Positions 8,007-16,739 of a DNA stretch of 64,000 bases are shown here, piece after piece; the first letter of the stretch is position 1; each line of letters begins with the position of its first letter. The translations under genes were made by a program, and so were the position numbers. This DNA comes from an uncultured Chloroflexia bacterium. Its GTDB lineage: Bacteria; Chloroflexota; Chloroflexia; Chloroflexales; Herpetosiphonaceae. The DNA lies in contig CAVYBW010000001.1 of the NCBI GenBank assembly GCA_963767035.1, positions 2,502,547 through 2,566,546 of the forward strand. Reading direction: 5' to 3'. The notes under the pieces are model-generated. The model worked only from the letters and a program-made list of their open reading frames with translations, did not search any database and had not been told where the DNA came from.

Positions 8007-10289
8007 CTAGTTGCTTTGGGTTTCCATACCAGCCCAAAAGGCTTGGAGTTTTTCACGCACCTTGGCATGTTCAGGCAATTCCAATTCAGGATCGATCTTC
8101 AAAATCCGTTCGGATTCAATCCGTGCCGCATGCAGCAAGCGCGTATCAGTCAATTGAGCCACCTTGAGATCGGGCGTACCGCTCTGGCGAATGCCAAAAA
8201 ATTCGCCCGGCCCGCGCAGTTCAAGATCAACTTCGGCTAAGCGAAAGCCATCTTCGCTCTCTTCCATCGACGAAAGCCGCGCGACTGTCACGTCATTATC
8301 TTCTTTGTCGCTGACCAAAATACAGAATGATTGATGGCTGCCACGGCCAACCCGCCCACGGAATTGATGCAACTGCGCCAAACCAAAGCGCTCAGCACCT
8401 TCGATCATAATTGTGGTCGCGTTGGGAATATCAATCCCGACTTCAACCACCGCTGTCGCGACCAAAATATCAAATTCACGGTCGCGAAACTGGGCCATAA
8501 TCGTGTCTTTTTCGCTCGAAGTCATACGGCCATGAATCAAGCCCACTTTCAAATCAGGGAAAATCTCGTGCTGCAAATGCTCTTGCTCAACAATCGCCGA
8601 TTTTACATCTTCGAGTTTTTCGCTTTCCTCGACTAGTGGGCAAATTACAAAGGCTTGGCGGCCAGCCGCAATCTCCTTGCGCATATGTTTGTAGGCCTTG
8701 CTGCGCTCGCCTGAGCTGATCCATTTGGTGCGAATCGGCATACGGCCTGGTGGGCGTTCATCGATCACCGAGACATCGAGATCACCATAAATCGTCAAGG
8801 CCAGCGAGCGGGGAATTGGCGTGGCAGTCATCACCAACAGATGCGGATTGAAGCCCTTGCGTTTGAGCGCCTCACGTTGTTCAACTCCAAAACGATGCTG
8901 CTCATCGACCACCGCCAAACCAAGCGCCTGATAATCGACATTGGCTTGAATCAGCGAATGGGTGCCAATGATGATGTCAACTTCGCCATCGGCGATTAAT
9001 TTCAGGGCTTCACGCCGTTGACGGGCTTTGAGGCTACCAGTCAAAAGTGCTACTCGAATGCCACCTGGCTCTGGCTCTGGCTCATCGGCAAGCATCAGCA
9101 ATTGCTTAATTTGGGCGAGCCGATTGCGTTTTTCTTGATCAAGCTCGCTGCGCCAATCGCCATTCGTAGGAATCTCGCGGCCAGGAATTTTGACATTCGC
9201 CAGCAATTTTTTCAACCCACGATAATGTTGTTCAGCCAGAATTTCGGTTGGAGCCATCATCGCACCTTGGAAGCCAGCCGCAACTGCTTGCACCAAGGCT
9301 GCCGCTGCAACTGCCGTCTTGCCCGAACCAACATCGCCCTGGACAAGACGGGTCATTGGTACAGGCCGCTCCAGATCGCGGCAAATTTCGGTAAAAGTGC
9401 GGGCTTGGGCATTGGTCAAGGCAAAGGGCAGCGAAGCCAAATAGGCATCATGAATTGCTTGATTAAAGGCAATTGGCTGGCCTTGGACTCCTTGATAGAG
9501 CCGTTTACGCTGCAATACGCCCAACTGAATATACAGAAATTCATCAAAACCCAAGCGTTGGCGCGCTCGTTGCACCATCGCCCAGCTATCGGGGAAATGA
9601 ATTTGGCTGATTGCAACGCCCAAAGGTAATAATCCAGCCCGTTCACGCAGCTCAATTGGCAATGGATCAGGCATTGTTGGGGTTAGCACATCAACGACCC
9701 GTTTAATTACTTGGCGAGCGTTGCGATCTTGCAGGCCTTTGGTCAGCGGGTGGACTGGCACAAGGCGGCCAGTATGCACCAAATCATCTTCGACAAATGG
9801 CTCCCATTGCGGGTTGCTCATCGATTTCATTTCGCGAAACATACTAACTTTGCCACTGAGCACAATCCGCATGCCTTCGCGAAATTGCTTGGCCATCCAA
9901 GTGCCGCGAAACCACGAAGCTTTGAGCACGCCTGTATCATCGCCAACCGTAATTTCAACCCCTTGACGACCTTTGGCATTAAAGCTTTTAATCGTATCGA
10001 CGGTCACAATCACGGTGTCGGTTTCACCCACCACCAAATCGCAAATTTGCTTGCGTTTACTAAAATCGTCGTAGCGATGAGGAACGTGATAGAGCAAATC
10101 TTCGAGCATATGCACGCCCAAGCGGGCGAACGAACGCGCGGTGCTTGGCCCAATGCCCTGCAAATTTTTCAGCAAGGTATCGAGTGGCGGCACTGCGCCC
10201 ACCGGTTCAGCAGTAGCCTTGGGCTGTTTACGAAACAAATTGCGCAGCCGATCAAGCGCGACGCTCAAGCGAGCTTCACGTTCGGGCAT
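8007..10289 (-). CDS. recG: ATP-dependent DNA helicase RecG
   Basis: N-terminal wedge/OB region. Helicase motifs 'GDVGSGKT', 'VVDEQHRFG', 'LVMTATPIPRSL', 'IIVGTH', 'QFRGRVGRG'. About 760 aa, which is RecG-sized rather than Mfd-sized. Confidence 0.85.
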   Translation of the reverse strand: MPEREARLSVALDRLRNLFRKQPKATAEPVGAVPPLDTLLKNLQGIGPSTARSFARLGVHMLEDLLYHVPHRYDDFSKRKQICDLVVGETDTVIVTVDTIKSFNAKGRQGVEITVGDDTGVLKASWFRGTWMAKQFREGMRIVLSGKVSMFREMKSMSNPQWEPFVEDDLVHTGRLVPVHPLTKGLQDRNARQVIKRVVDVLTPTMPDPLPIELRERAGLLPLGVAISQIHFPDSWAMVQRARQRLGFDEFLYIQLGVLQRKRLYQGVQGQPIAFNQAIHDAYLASLPFALTNAQARTFTEICRDLERPVPMTRLVQGDVGSGKTAVAAAALVQAVAAGFQGAMMAPTEILAEQHYRGLKKLLANVKIPGREIPTNGDWRSELDQEKRNRLAQIKQLLMLADEPEPEPGGIRVALLTGSLKARQRREALKLIADGEVDIIIGTHSLIQANVDYQALGLAVVDEQHRFGVEQREALKRKGFNPHLLVMTATPIPRSLALTIYGDLDVSVIDERPPGRMPIRTKWISSGERSKAYKHMRKEIAAGRQAFVICPLVEESEKLEDVKSAIVEQEHLQHEIFPDLKVGLIHGRMTSSEKDTIMAQFRDREFDILVATAVVEVGIDIPNATTIMIEGAERFGLAQLHQFRGRVGRGSHQSFCILVSDKEDNDVTVARLSSMEESEDGFRLAEVDLELRGPGEFFGIRQSGTPDLKVAQLTDTRLLHAARIESERILKIDPELELPEHAKVREKLQAFWAGMETQSN

Positions 10290-10494
10290 GGCTTAAATCG
10301 GAGTAGCCATCGAGCGCATCAAGCACGCCCTGCACAACAGGTTCGTGCAACGCTTGCGGATTCTGGGATTGCCATTCGCGCAAAAACGCACTGATACCTT
10401 GGGCACTCGCGGTATCGTCACAACCGGCCTTTTCCTCGGCGGCCAAGGTTTTGCCAAGTTCAATGATGTGGTGATTTGCTTGCATAGCCATCAA
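10276..10494 (-). CDS. small hypothetical protein (about 72 aa) immediately upstream of and overlapping the recG start
   Basis: ORF 'MAMQANHHIIELGKTLAAEEKAGCDD...'. The longer ORF-track version extends into the heptamer-repeat DNA and is unlikely to be real. Confidence 0.25.
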   Translation of the reverse strand: MMAMQANHHIIELGKTLAAEEKAGCDDTASAQGISAFLREWQSQNPQALHEPVVQGVLDALDGYSDLSHART

Positions 10495-10559
10495 AACAAA
10501 GAACATAGAAACTGGCTCTATGTTCAAATCGAGTCGCTCAACTGTGCGTATATTGTACC

Positions 10560-10599
10560 AGAACATAGAACATAGAACATAGAACATAGAACATAGAGC
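10560..10599. repeat. tandem heptamer repeat (gaacata) x5
   Basis: 'cagaacatagaacatagaacatagaacatagaacatagagc'. Related 'catagaac/agagcat' motifs occur at 5140-5160, 35060-35095, 59779-59805 and 59904-59933. Confidence 0.8.
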
Positions 10600-10611
10600 A
10601 AAGGATGAACG

Positions 10612-10903
10612 CAAAAGGCAGAAGGCAAAAATCCTTCTTGGCGAGACTAAATTCAACATGGCTCTAGGCTATGGGCTTTTGGCTAGTGGAACTCGCTTCG
10701 GGCAATTCGTGGAATTCGTGGCAAAAAACCCTCGCATCTGCGGAATCTGTGGCCAAAAACAAAACTTCGTAGTTGGACAACAGTTTCTATTAACGCAGCG
10801 GCGCAGAGCACCAAAGGCACTCGACTGATGGATAGCGGCTATCAACGATTGGTTGGAGATTTCAACATCCCATAGACTAGAGCCTCATCACTTCGTGGAG
10901 CAA
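10612..10903 (+). repeat. copy A of a ~300-bp direct repeat flanking the low-GC cassette
   Basis: Aligns with 11323-11636 with a few indels; begins 'caaaaggcag..aaaaatccttcttg.cgagactaaattcaa' and ends 'agagcctcatcacttcgtggagcaa'. Confidence 0.85.
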
Positions 10904-10906
10904 CTA

Positions 10907-11269
10907 TTAAATCTTTTTCAATTGTAAATACCACAGTGCCCGATCCCAAGTCAATAGATGTACATTTTCAACAATTTTGAGTGCCTCAGCCAGAATATAG
11001 AAATTTTGCGAAAAAACTTGCTCGCCAGTATGAATATGCTGAATCATCACCCAAAAATTTTTGCCCTCGCTGGTCTGCTTTTTTGCTTGATCATAGGTAT
11101 TGGTTGGATACAAACAGATAATTGGTTTGTCGGATAACAATTGCTTAGTAGCAGTTACTAGCTCATGACCTTTGGGGCAATAATAATCGTCCGGCAATTC
11201 CCAATCATCATCGTGAAATTCTTGCCATGGCAAACAATAATCACAATGAAAACTCCAGATTACTTTCAT
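10907..11269 (-). CDS. hypothetical 120-aa Cys-rich protein encoded by a low-GC (~37%) gene
   Basis: Strong RBS 'aaggag' 5 nt before the ATG. Motifs 'HCDYC...CPKGHE'. The gene is markedly AT-rich compared with its surroundings and sits exactly between two direct repeats. Confidence 0.6.
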   Translation of the reverse strand: MKVIWSFHCDYCLPWQEFHDDDWELPDDYYCPKGHELVTATKQLLSDKPIICLYPTNTYDQAKKQTSEGKNFWVMIQHIHTGEQVFSQNFYILAEALKIVENVHLLTWDRALWYLQLKKI

Positions 11270-11322
11270 TTTTACTCCTTAGCATTCATCAGCATACACA
11301 CCAAACCATTATAAGAAAATTT

Positions 11323-11636
11323 CAAAAGGCAGCAGCAAAAATCCTTCTTGTCGAGACTAAATTCAATTGCGCAGAGCAATAATTGCTCTAGGCTATGGGC
11401 TTTTGGCTAGCGGAACTCGCTTCGGGCAATTCGTGGAATTCGTGGCAAAAACCCTCGCATCTGCGGAATCTGTGTCAATCTGTGGTCAAAAACAAATTTT
11501 CGTGGTTGGACAACAGTTTCTATTAACGCAGAGGGTCAGAGGAACCATGGATAGCGGCTATCAACGATTGGTTGGAAATTTCAACATCCCTAGCCAAAAG
11601 CCCATACCCTAGAGCCTCATCACTTCGTGGAGCAAA
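11323..11636 (+). repeat. copy B of the ~300-bp direct repeat
   Basis: See copy A. Insertions relative to A: 'ttgcgcagagcaataattg', 'tgtcaatctg', 'tagccaaaagcccataccc'. Confidence 0.85.
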
Positions 11637-11710
11637 CTGCGGCTTGCATTTTAGCAATACTGAAAATATACTTCAAATCAATTTGAATCATTTCAATTTG
11701 GAGTATAGTT

Positions 11711-12484
11711 ATGCCGAGCCTTGTAGTTGAACCACCAGCAGTGCTCAAATTGCTGGCTCACGAGTTACGCTGGCGCTTGCTGCAACTTTTAGTTCATAGC
11801 GATTATCGGGTGCATGAATGTGTTGCGGCGCTGCAAGCCCCGATGAACGTGGTTTCCTATCATTTGCGATTATTGCGTGAGGCTGCTTTGGTGAGCGAAC
11901 GACGGAGCGAAGCCGATGGCCGCGATGTCTATTACCACCTCGATTTGCCAGCCTTGCAAACTGCCTACCAAGCTAGTGCCCAAGCACTGCACCCCGATCT
12001 CGATCCGTTTGCCAGCAAACCAACCAATCAAACCTATCAAATCAGCAAACCTGTGCGCATTTTATATTTGTGTACCCATAACAGCGCCCGTTCGCAATTG
12101 GCCGAGGCAATTACCCGCCATATTGGCGGCCCAATGCTCGATGTGGTCAGCGCCGGAACTCAGCCTAGCGAGGTGCATCGACTTGTGCTCGCTACCTTAG
12201 ATGAAAAAAAGATTTCCAGCGTTGGCCTGTATTCCAAAGCGCTCCAGCCCTACCTTGAGCAGCATTTTGATTATGTGATTACGGTCTGTGATCGGGCACG
12301 TGAGCAATGCCCGACGCTTGCTGGTCATCCTACGGGTCTGCATTGGAGCTTTGCCGATCCGTTGCTCGAAACCAGTGAGCTAGCCCAAGCTGCCGCGATC
12401 GATGCGACCGCCCGCCAATTGATGACGCGGATTCGCTTTTTGCTGACCACGATTGAGCGCCAACAGCATGTAGGCCACAAATAA
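11711..12484 (+). CDS. ArsR-family HTH regulator fused to an LMW-PTP/ArsC-type (thioredoxin-coupled) arsenate reductase domain
   Basis: N-terminal 'LAHELRWRLLQLL...ECVAALQAPMNVVSYHLRLLREAALV' is an ArsR wHTH. The C-terminal 'ILYLCTHNSARSQLAEA' is the CX5R P-loop of LMW-PTP/ArsC. Confidence 0.75.
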   Translation: MPSLVVEPPAVLKLLAHELRWRLLQLLVHSDYRVHECVAALQAPMNVVSYHLRLLREAALVSERRSEADGRDVYYHLDLPALQTAYQASAQALHPDLDPFASKPTNQTYQISKPVRILYLCTHNSARSQLAEAITRHIGGPMLDVVSAGTQPSEVHRLVLATLDEKKISSVGLYSKALQPYLEQHFDYVITVCDRAREQCPTLAGHPTGLHWSFADPLLETSELAQAAAIDATARQLMTRIRFLLTTIERQQHVGHK

Positions 12485-12513
12485 TGGCAATTCAGGGGTT
12501 ATAGGAGCCAGCG

Positions 12514-13731
12514 ATGCAGCAACAACACAAAGAGTATGCAATTGTCACGGCGGCATATTGGGCTTTTACCTTGACTGATGGCGCATTACGCATGCTGGTG
12601 CTGTTTCATTTTCATGAACTTGGCTATAGCGCATTGGCTGTGGCAACGCTCTTTATTTTCTATGAATTTTTTGGGGTGATTACCAATTTGGTTGGTGGCT
12701 GGTTTGGTGCACGCTTTGGGCTAAACCGCACCTTGCAGGCTGGGCTAGTCTTGCAGGTGTTCGCCTTGGCGATGATGATTGTGCCCAGTGGCTGGCTAAG
12801 CGTGCCATATGTGATGCTTGCCCAAGCTGGCTCAGGCATCGCCAAAGATTTGACCAAAATGAGCGCCAAAAGCAGCATCAAAATGCTTGTCGCCCAAGAT
12901 GCCCAATCGACGTTATTTAAATGGGTAGCACTATTGACTGGCTCGAAAAATGCACTCAAAGGCGTGGGCTTTTTCCTTGGCAGCCTATTATTAAGCACAA
13001 TTGGCTTTCGGAGTGCCTTCGCAGCGCTGGCGAGCCTCATCGCCCTAGCGGCACTTGGCACTTGGCGCTTTTTACACCACGATTTGGGGCGCAGCAAAGC
13101 AAAGCTCAAATGGCAACAGCTATTTGCCAAAAGCCGCGCAATCAATCTGCTTTCGGCAGCACGCTGTTTTCTTTTTGCGGCGCGGGATGTTTGGTTTGTG
13201 GTCGGATTGCCAGTGTTTCTCAGCGAGGTGTTGGGCTGGTCGTTTTGGCAGGCTGGAGGCTATTTGGCCTTGTGGGTGATTGGCTATGGCCTGATTCAAG
13301 CGCTTGCGCCCCAAATTACCCGTCGCTGGCAAGCAACACCCAATGGCTTGGCGGCAACGATTTTGGCTGGTGTGCTGACCCTGATTATGGCAAGCCTAGC
13401 CAGCGTTGTGCAAATCAATCAACAAGCAGCAGGCGTAGTGGTGTTGGGATTAATTGGCTTTGGGATTATTTTTGCGCTCAATTCTGCCGTGCATTCCTAC
13501 TTAATTCTGGCCTATACCGATCAGGCTGAGGTGGCGTTGAATGTGGGCTTTTACTATATGGCCAATGCATTGGGCCGTTTGCTTGGCACGATTTTATCGG
13601 GGCTGCTCTACCAAAGTTTTGGCTTAGCTGGTTGTTTATGGGCGGCGGCAAGTTTAAGCGCAATTACGGCGATTATCTCGTTGAGCTTACCCCGCTTGCC
13701 AAGCACGCAAAGCGTAGGAATTGGCCTATAA
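12514..13731 (+). CDS. MFS-type permease (about 12 TM); possibly arsenic-related given its neighbour
   Basis: 12 hydrophobic helices; the loop 'GGWFGARFGLNRT' between TM2 and TM3 is MFS motif-A-like. The functional link to arsenic is inferred from context only. Confidence 0.55.
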   Translation: MQQQHKEYAIVTAAYWAFTLTDGALRMLVLFHFHELGYSALAVATLFIFYEFFGVITNLVGGWFGARFGLNRTLQAGLVLQVFALAMMIVPSGWLSVPYVMLAQAGSGIAKDLTKMSAKSSIKMLVAQDAQSTLFKWVALLTGSKNALKGVGFFLGSLLLSTIGFRSAFAALASLIALAALGTWRFLHHDLGRSKAKLKWQQLFAKSRAINLLSAARCFLFAARDVWFVVGLPVFLSEVLGWSFWQAGGYLALWVIGYGLIQALAPQITRRWQATPNGLAATILAGVLTLIMASLASVVQINQQAAGVVVLGLIGFGIIFALNSAVHSYLILAYTDQAEVALNVGFYYMANALGRLLGTILSGLLYQSFGLAGCLWAAASLSAITAIISLSLPRLPSTQSVGIGL

Positions 13732-13856
13732 GCAGCAGGCCAAAGTTCCACGTGGAATGGAACCAAATTGCTACTTGTAAGTTAGCATGAATCTACTACA
13801 ATAGAGCCAAGCACCAGACGTGGTAAAGACCACGAGGCATTTTGGAGGAAACCCCA

Positions 13857-14093
13857 ATGACTGATAATGAACCAGGGTTTTTCGAAAATTTGGTTGATAA
13901 AGCCAAGGATGTTGCCGGGTCGGTCGGTGAGTTTTTAGGCGACGCAGCTGAAAAAGCTGGCGATCTTGCCGAACAAGCCGCAGAAAAAATTAGTGATGTT
14001 GCCGAAGTCGTTGGTGATAAAGCCAGCGATGTGTATGAAGCTGCCAAAGATAAATTAGGCATCGACGGCGACGAAACTCCTCCAGTCGCCTAA
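13857..14093 (+). CDS. small acidic repeat protein (CsbD-like general stress protein?)
   Basis: RBS 'ggagg' 8 nt before the ATG at 13857. Repeated 'A-x-K-A-x-D-x-A/AEKAGDLAEQAAEKISDVAEVVGDKASD' periodicity. A strong terminator follows. Confidence 0.5.
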   Translation: MTDNEPGFFENLVDKAKDVAGSVGEFLGDAAEKAGDLAEQAAEKISDVAEVVGDKASDVYEAAKDKLGIDGDETPPVA

Positions 14094-14120
14094 GCTTCGC
14101 ATACACTCAAAAAAAATCAA

Positions 14121-14160
14121 CACCCTCAGCATAAATCAGGTGCTGAGGGTGTTTTTTGTT
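14121..14160 (+). terminator. rho-independent terminator
   Basis: 'caccctcagc ataaatcaggt gctgagggtg' followed by tttttt. Confidence 0.75.
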
Positions 14161-14338
14161 TTAGCGATCAGTTTTTAGGGATTAGGGATCAGGTTTTTAG
14201 CTCCAGATGAGCATGATTATTTCTGCTTTTGCAAGCCGCTCACTAGACGATCTCTGCGACTCTGCGTTAAGACAACTACTAATTGCCTTTTTCTCTGCCA
14301 CCTATTCCCTTACCCCTAGTAACCCTAGCCCCTAGAAA

Positions 14339-15268
14339 CTACTCAGCATCAAACAGTGGGGTGCTGAGGTAGCGTTCGCCATTGCTTGGCACAATAAACA
14401 CAATCGTTTTGCCAGCATTTTCGGGGCGGGCAGCGACTTGCAAGGCAGCCCAAGCGGCAGCCCCTGAGCTAATGCCCACCATCAAGCCTTCTTCTTGGGC
14501 CAATTTGCGCGCCCATTCAAAAGCATGTTCATTGGTCACCTGAATCACTTCATCGATCAAGTTGGTATCAAGCACATCGGGGATAAAACCAGCGCCAATG
14601 CCTTGAATTTTATGTGGCCCCATCTTGCCACCAGAAAGCACTGGTGACGCGGTTGGCTCAACGGCAATTGCCTTAAAGCTTGGCTTGCGCTCTTTAAGCA
14701 CCGAAGCCACCCCAGTGATGGTACCGCCAGTGCCAACACCTGAAACCAAAATATCAACCGCACCATCGGTATCATTCCAAATTTCTTCAGCGGTTGTACG
14801 TTGGTGCACTGCCGGATTGGCTTTATTTTTGAATTGCTGTGGAATAAAGCTGCCAGGTCGTTCGGCGGCCAATTCTTCAGCTTTGCGAATAGCACCAGAC
14901 ATGCCTTCGGTGCCAGGGGTCAAAACTAATTCAGCCCCAAAGCCTTTGAGCAATTTGCGCCGTTCCAAGCTCATGGTTTCTGGCATGGTGAGCACAATCC
15001 GGTAGCCTTTGGCGGCTGCCACAAAGGCCAGGCCAATGCCCGTATTGCCACTGGTTGGCTCGATAATTGTGGTATCGGTTGGATTGATCAGACCGGCGGC
15101 CTCCGCTGCCTCGATCATGGCCAAGCCAATTCGATCCTTCACGCTGCTTGCTGGGTTGAAGAACTCAAGCTTAGCTAATACCGTCGCCCCCGTGGTATTA
15201 ACTTTGCCCAAGCGCACCAGCGGCGTGTTGCCGACAAGTTGGGTAATGTTTTCGTAAATCCGCGCCAT
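14339..15268 (-). CDS. cysK: cysteine synthase A (O-acetylserine sulfhydrylase)
   Basis: '[20 protein letters not shown]...[16 protein letters not shown]...GTGGTITG'. The ORF track starts further upstream, but the family N-terminus 'MARIY' fixes the start at 15268. Confidence 0.9.
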   Translation of the reverse strand: MARIYENITQLVGNTPLVRLGKVNTTGATVLAKLEFFNPASSVKDRIGLAMIEAAEAAGLINPTDTTIIEPTSGNTGIGLAFVAAAKGYRIVLTMPETMSLERRKLLKGFGAELVLTPGTEGMSGAIRKAEELAAERPGSFIPQQFKNKANPAVHQRTTAEEIWNDTDGAVDILVSGVGTGGTITGVASVLKERKPSFKAIAVEPTASPVLSGGKMGPHKIQGIGAGFIPDVLDTNLIDEVIQVTNEHAFEWARKLAQEEGLMVGISSGAAAWAALQVAARPENAGKTIVFIVPSNGERYLSTPLFDAE

Positions 15269-15284
15269 GGTTCGGGTCCTTTTG

Positions 15285-15297
15285 TTAACTAAGTTAA
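15285..15297. promoter_or_regulatory. 6-1-6 palindrome TTAACT-A-AGTTAA in the cysK 5' leader (operator-like)
   Basis: Perfect inverted repeat about 17 nt upstream of the cysK ATG, abutting the RBS-like 'aaaagga'. Confidence 0.3.
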
Positions 15298-15442
15298 ACG
15301 ACAAACCTAACAATAATAGTAGCATAGCTTAGGTTACTGTCAATATTTAAACTTTCACGCGTAGGGTTGTTCTTCACCCCTAGCATCCTCCTTTCAAGGG
15401 TAGGTTTTTAATAACGGTGTCGTGGAGGCGTAGTGGTACATT

Positions 15443-15578
15443 CCCTCACCCCCTAGCCCCCTCTCCCACTGCACGCGGGCGAGGGGGAGCCGATTGCACC
15501 CTACCACGAATTATGCCAAAACCACTACATGAATCCCTTCGTTCGCGCCGTGGGAGAGAGGTTGGGATGAGGGAACCA
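15443..15578. repeat. composite palindromic REP/MITE-like element (same family as 5253-5395)
   Basis: 'ccctcaccccctagccccctctcccactgcacgcgggcgagggggagcc ... cgcgccgtgggagagaggttgggatgagggaacc'. Confidence 0.7.
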
Positions 15579-15657
15579 TAGGCTATGCGATCCGATCGCT
15601 TGACATCCAGCCTGCAATCTACTACTGTCAGCAGCAACTAGCCTGAGAGAGTACCAC

Positions 15658-16737
15658 ATGAAACGAGCCAAAACTCCTGGTCGTAAAGCCCGTTGGAAAC
15701 GCCTCATCGCCGCCTCGTTGCGCGATGGCTGGATTGTATTTTGCGATTCGTGGGTGTGGTTGGGTTTGTGGCTCTTGCTCTGGCTGGGCTTTACCATGAC
15801 AATTTGGGCTGGCACGCGGCCAGTTTTGGCCTTTCACGAAGCATTGTATCAAGCATTTAGTCAAATGACATTAAACCCTGTGCCCTTGCCTGAGCCTTGG
15901 TGGCTGCAACTTTTATTTTATCTCGCACCAGCTTTGAACATTATTTTGCTAGCCCGCGGCGCACTCAACATGGGCATTTTGCTATTCGATAAACGCAATC
16001 GACGGGAGGCTTGGCAGATGGCGTTAGCATCAACCTATCGCGACCATATTATTGTCTGTGGTTTGGGCAAGATTGGCTATCGGGTGGTGGGCCAATTGCT
16101 CGCCAGCGGCTGCGATATTGTCGTGATCGATGCGCATAACGATGGGCCGTTTCACGAATTGGTGATGGGCCAGCATGTGCCAGTGATTATTGGCGATGCC
16201 CGCCAGCCAGAGCTGTTGCAACAAGCAGGCATCCGGTATGCAACCTCGCTAACTGTCGTAACTGGCGATGATTTGACCAACCTCGATATTGCCTTGACCG
16301 CCCGTGAACAACACCCGGATATTCATATTGTGATGCGGGTTTTCAACGATTCGTTAGCTGGCAAGCTTAGCTCAGCCTTTAATATTCAGACTGCGTTTAG
16401 CACCTCGGCGTTGGCAGCGCCAACACTCGCAGCCGCTGCCTTGGGTCGTGGCATCACCAACGCCATGTATGTTGCAGGCAAATTGCTCTCAACCGTGGAA
16501 ATTGTGGTCGAACGCGATGGCATTTTTGATGGGCGCTTGATTCAGACGGTCGAAAATCAACACGATATTTCGGTGCTCTATCGGCGTGGGCGCAATGGCG
16601 AAGATTTACGCCCACGCGGCGATGAACGATTAAGCAGCGGCGATCAGCTGGTAATTATTGGGCCGCTGGCAGCCATTAATCATATTCAAGCACTGAATAA
16701 ACCAAATGCAGCCCCGCATGCGCCCTATCGGCTTTAA
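15658..16737 (+). CDS. membrane protein with TrkA-N/RCK NAD-binding and TrkA-C domains (potassium channel/transporter regulatory-type protein)
   Basis: N-terminal TM helices; Rossmann 'IIVCGLGKIGYRVVGQLL...DIVVID'; C-terminal 'DISVLYRRGRNGEDLRP...GDQLVIIGP' TrkA-C. Confidence 0.7.
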   Translation: MKRAKTPGRKARWKRLIAASLRDGWIVFCDSWVWLGLWLLLWLGFTMTIWAGTRPVLAFHEALYQAFSQMTLNPVPLPEPWWLQLLFYLAPALNIILLARGALNMGILLFDKRNRREAWQMALASTYRDHIIVCGLGKIGYRVVGQLLASGCDIVVIDAHNDGPFHELVMGQHVPVIIGDARQPELLQQAGIRYATSLTVVTGDDLTNLDIALTAREQHPDIHIVMRVFNDSLAGKLSSAFNIQTAFSTSALAAPTLAAAALGRGITNAMYVAGKLLSTVEIVVERDGIFDGRLIQTVENQHDISVLYRRGRNGEDLRPRGDERLSSGDQLVIIGPLAAINHIQALNKPNAAPHAPYRL

Positions 16738-16739
16738 GC

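Noticed and set aside
10560-10599. CRISPR array (also considered for the 37075-37200 7-mer array)
   Set aside because: The units are contiguous 7-mers with no spacers, and no cas genes are present. These are simple tandem repeats.
11367-11612. ORF 11367-11612 (81 aa) inside direct-repeat copy B, and the analogous reading frames in copy A
   Set aside because: It lies entirely within the repeat DNA, has no RBS, and is disrupted by indels between copies. It is unlikely to be coding.
10612-11636. Diversity-generating retroelement (template/variable repeat pair) as an explanation for the two 300-bp repeats
   Set aside because: The copies differ by indels rather than adenine-specific substitutions. 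No reverse transcriptase lies nearby. The enclosed gene is not a C-type-lectin-fold target.
14557-15257. ORFs antisense to cysK (14557-14895, 14625-15005, 15009-15257)
   Set aside because: They lie inside a highly conserved cysK frame and are typical antisense open frames.
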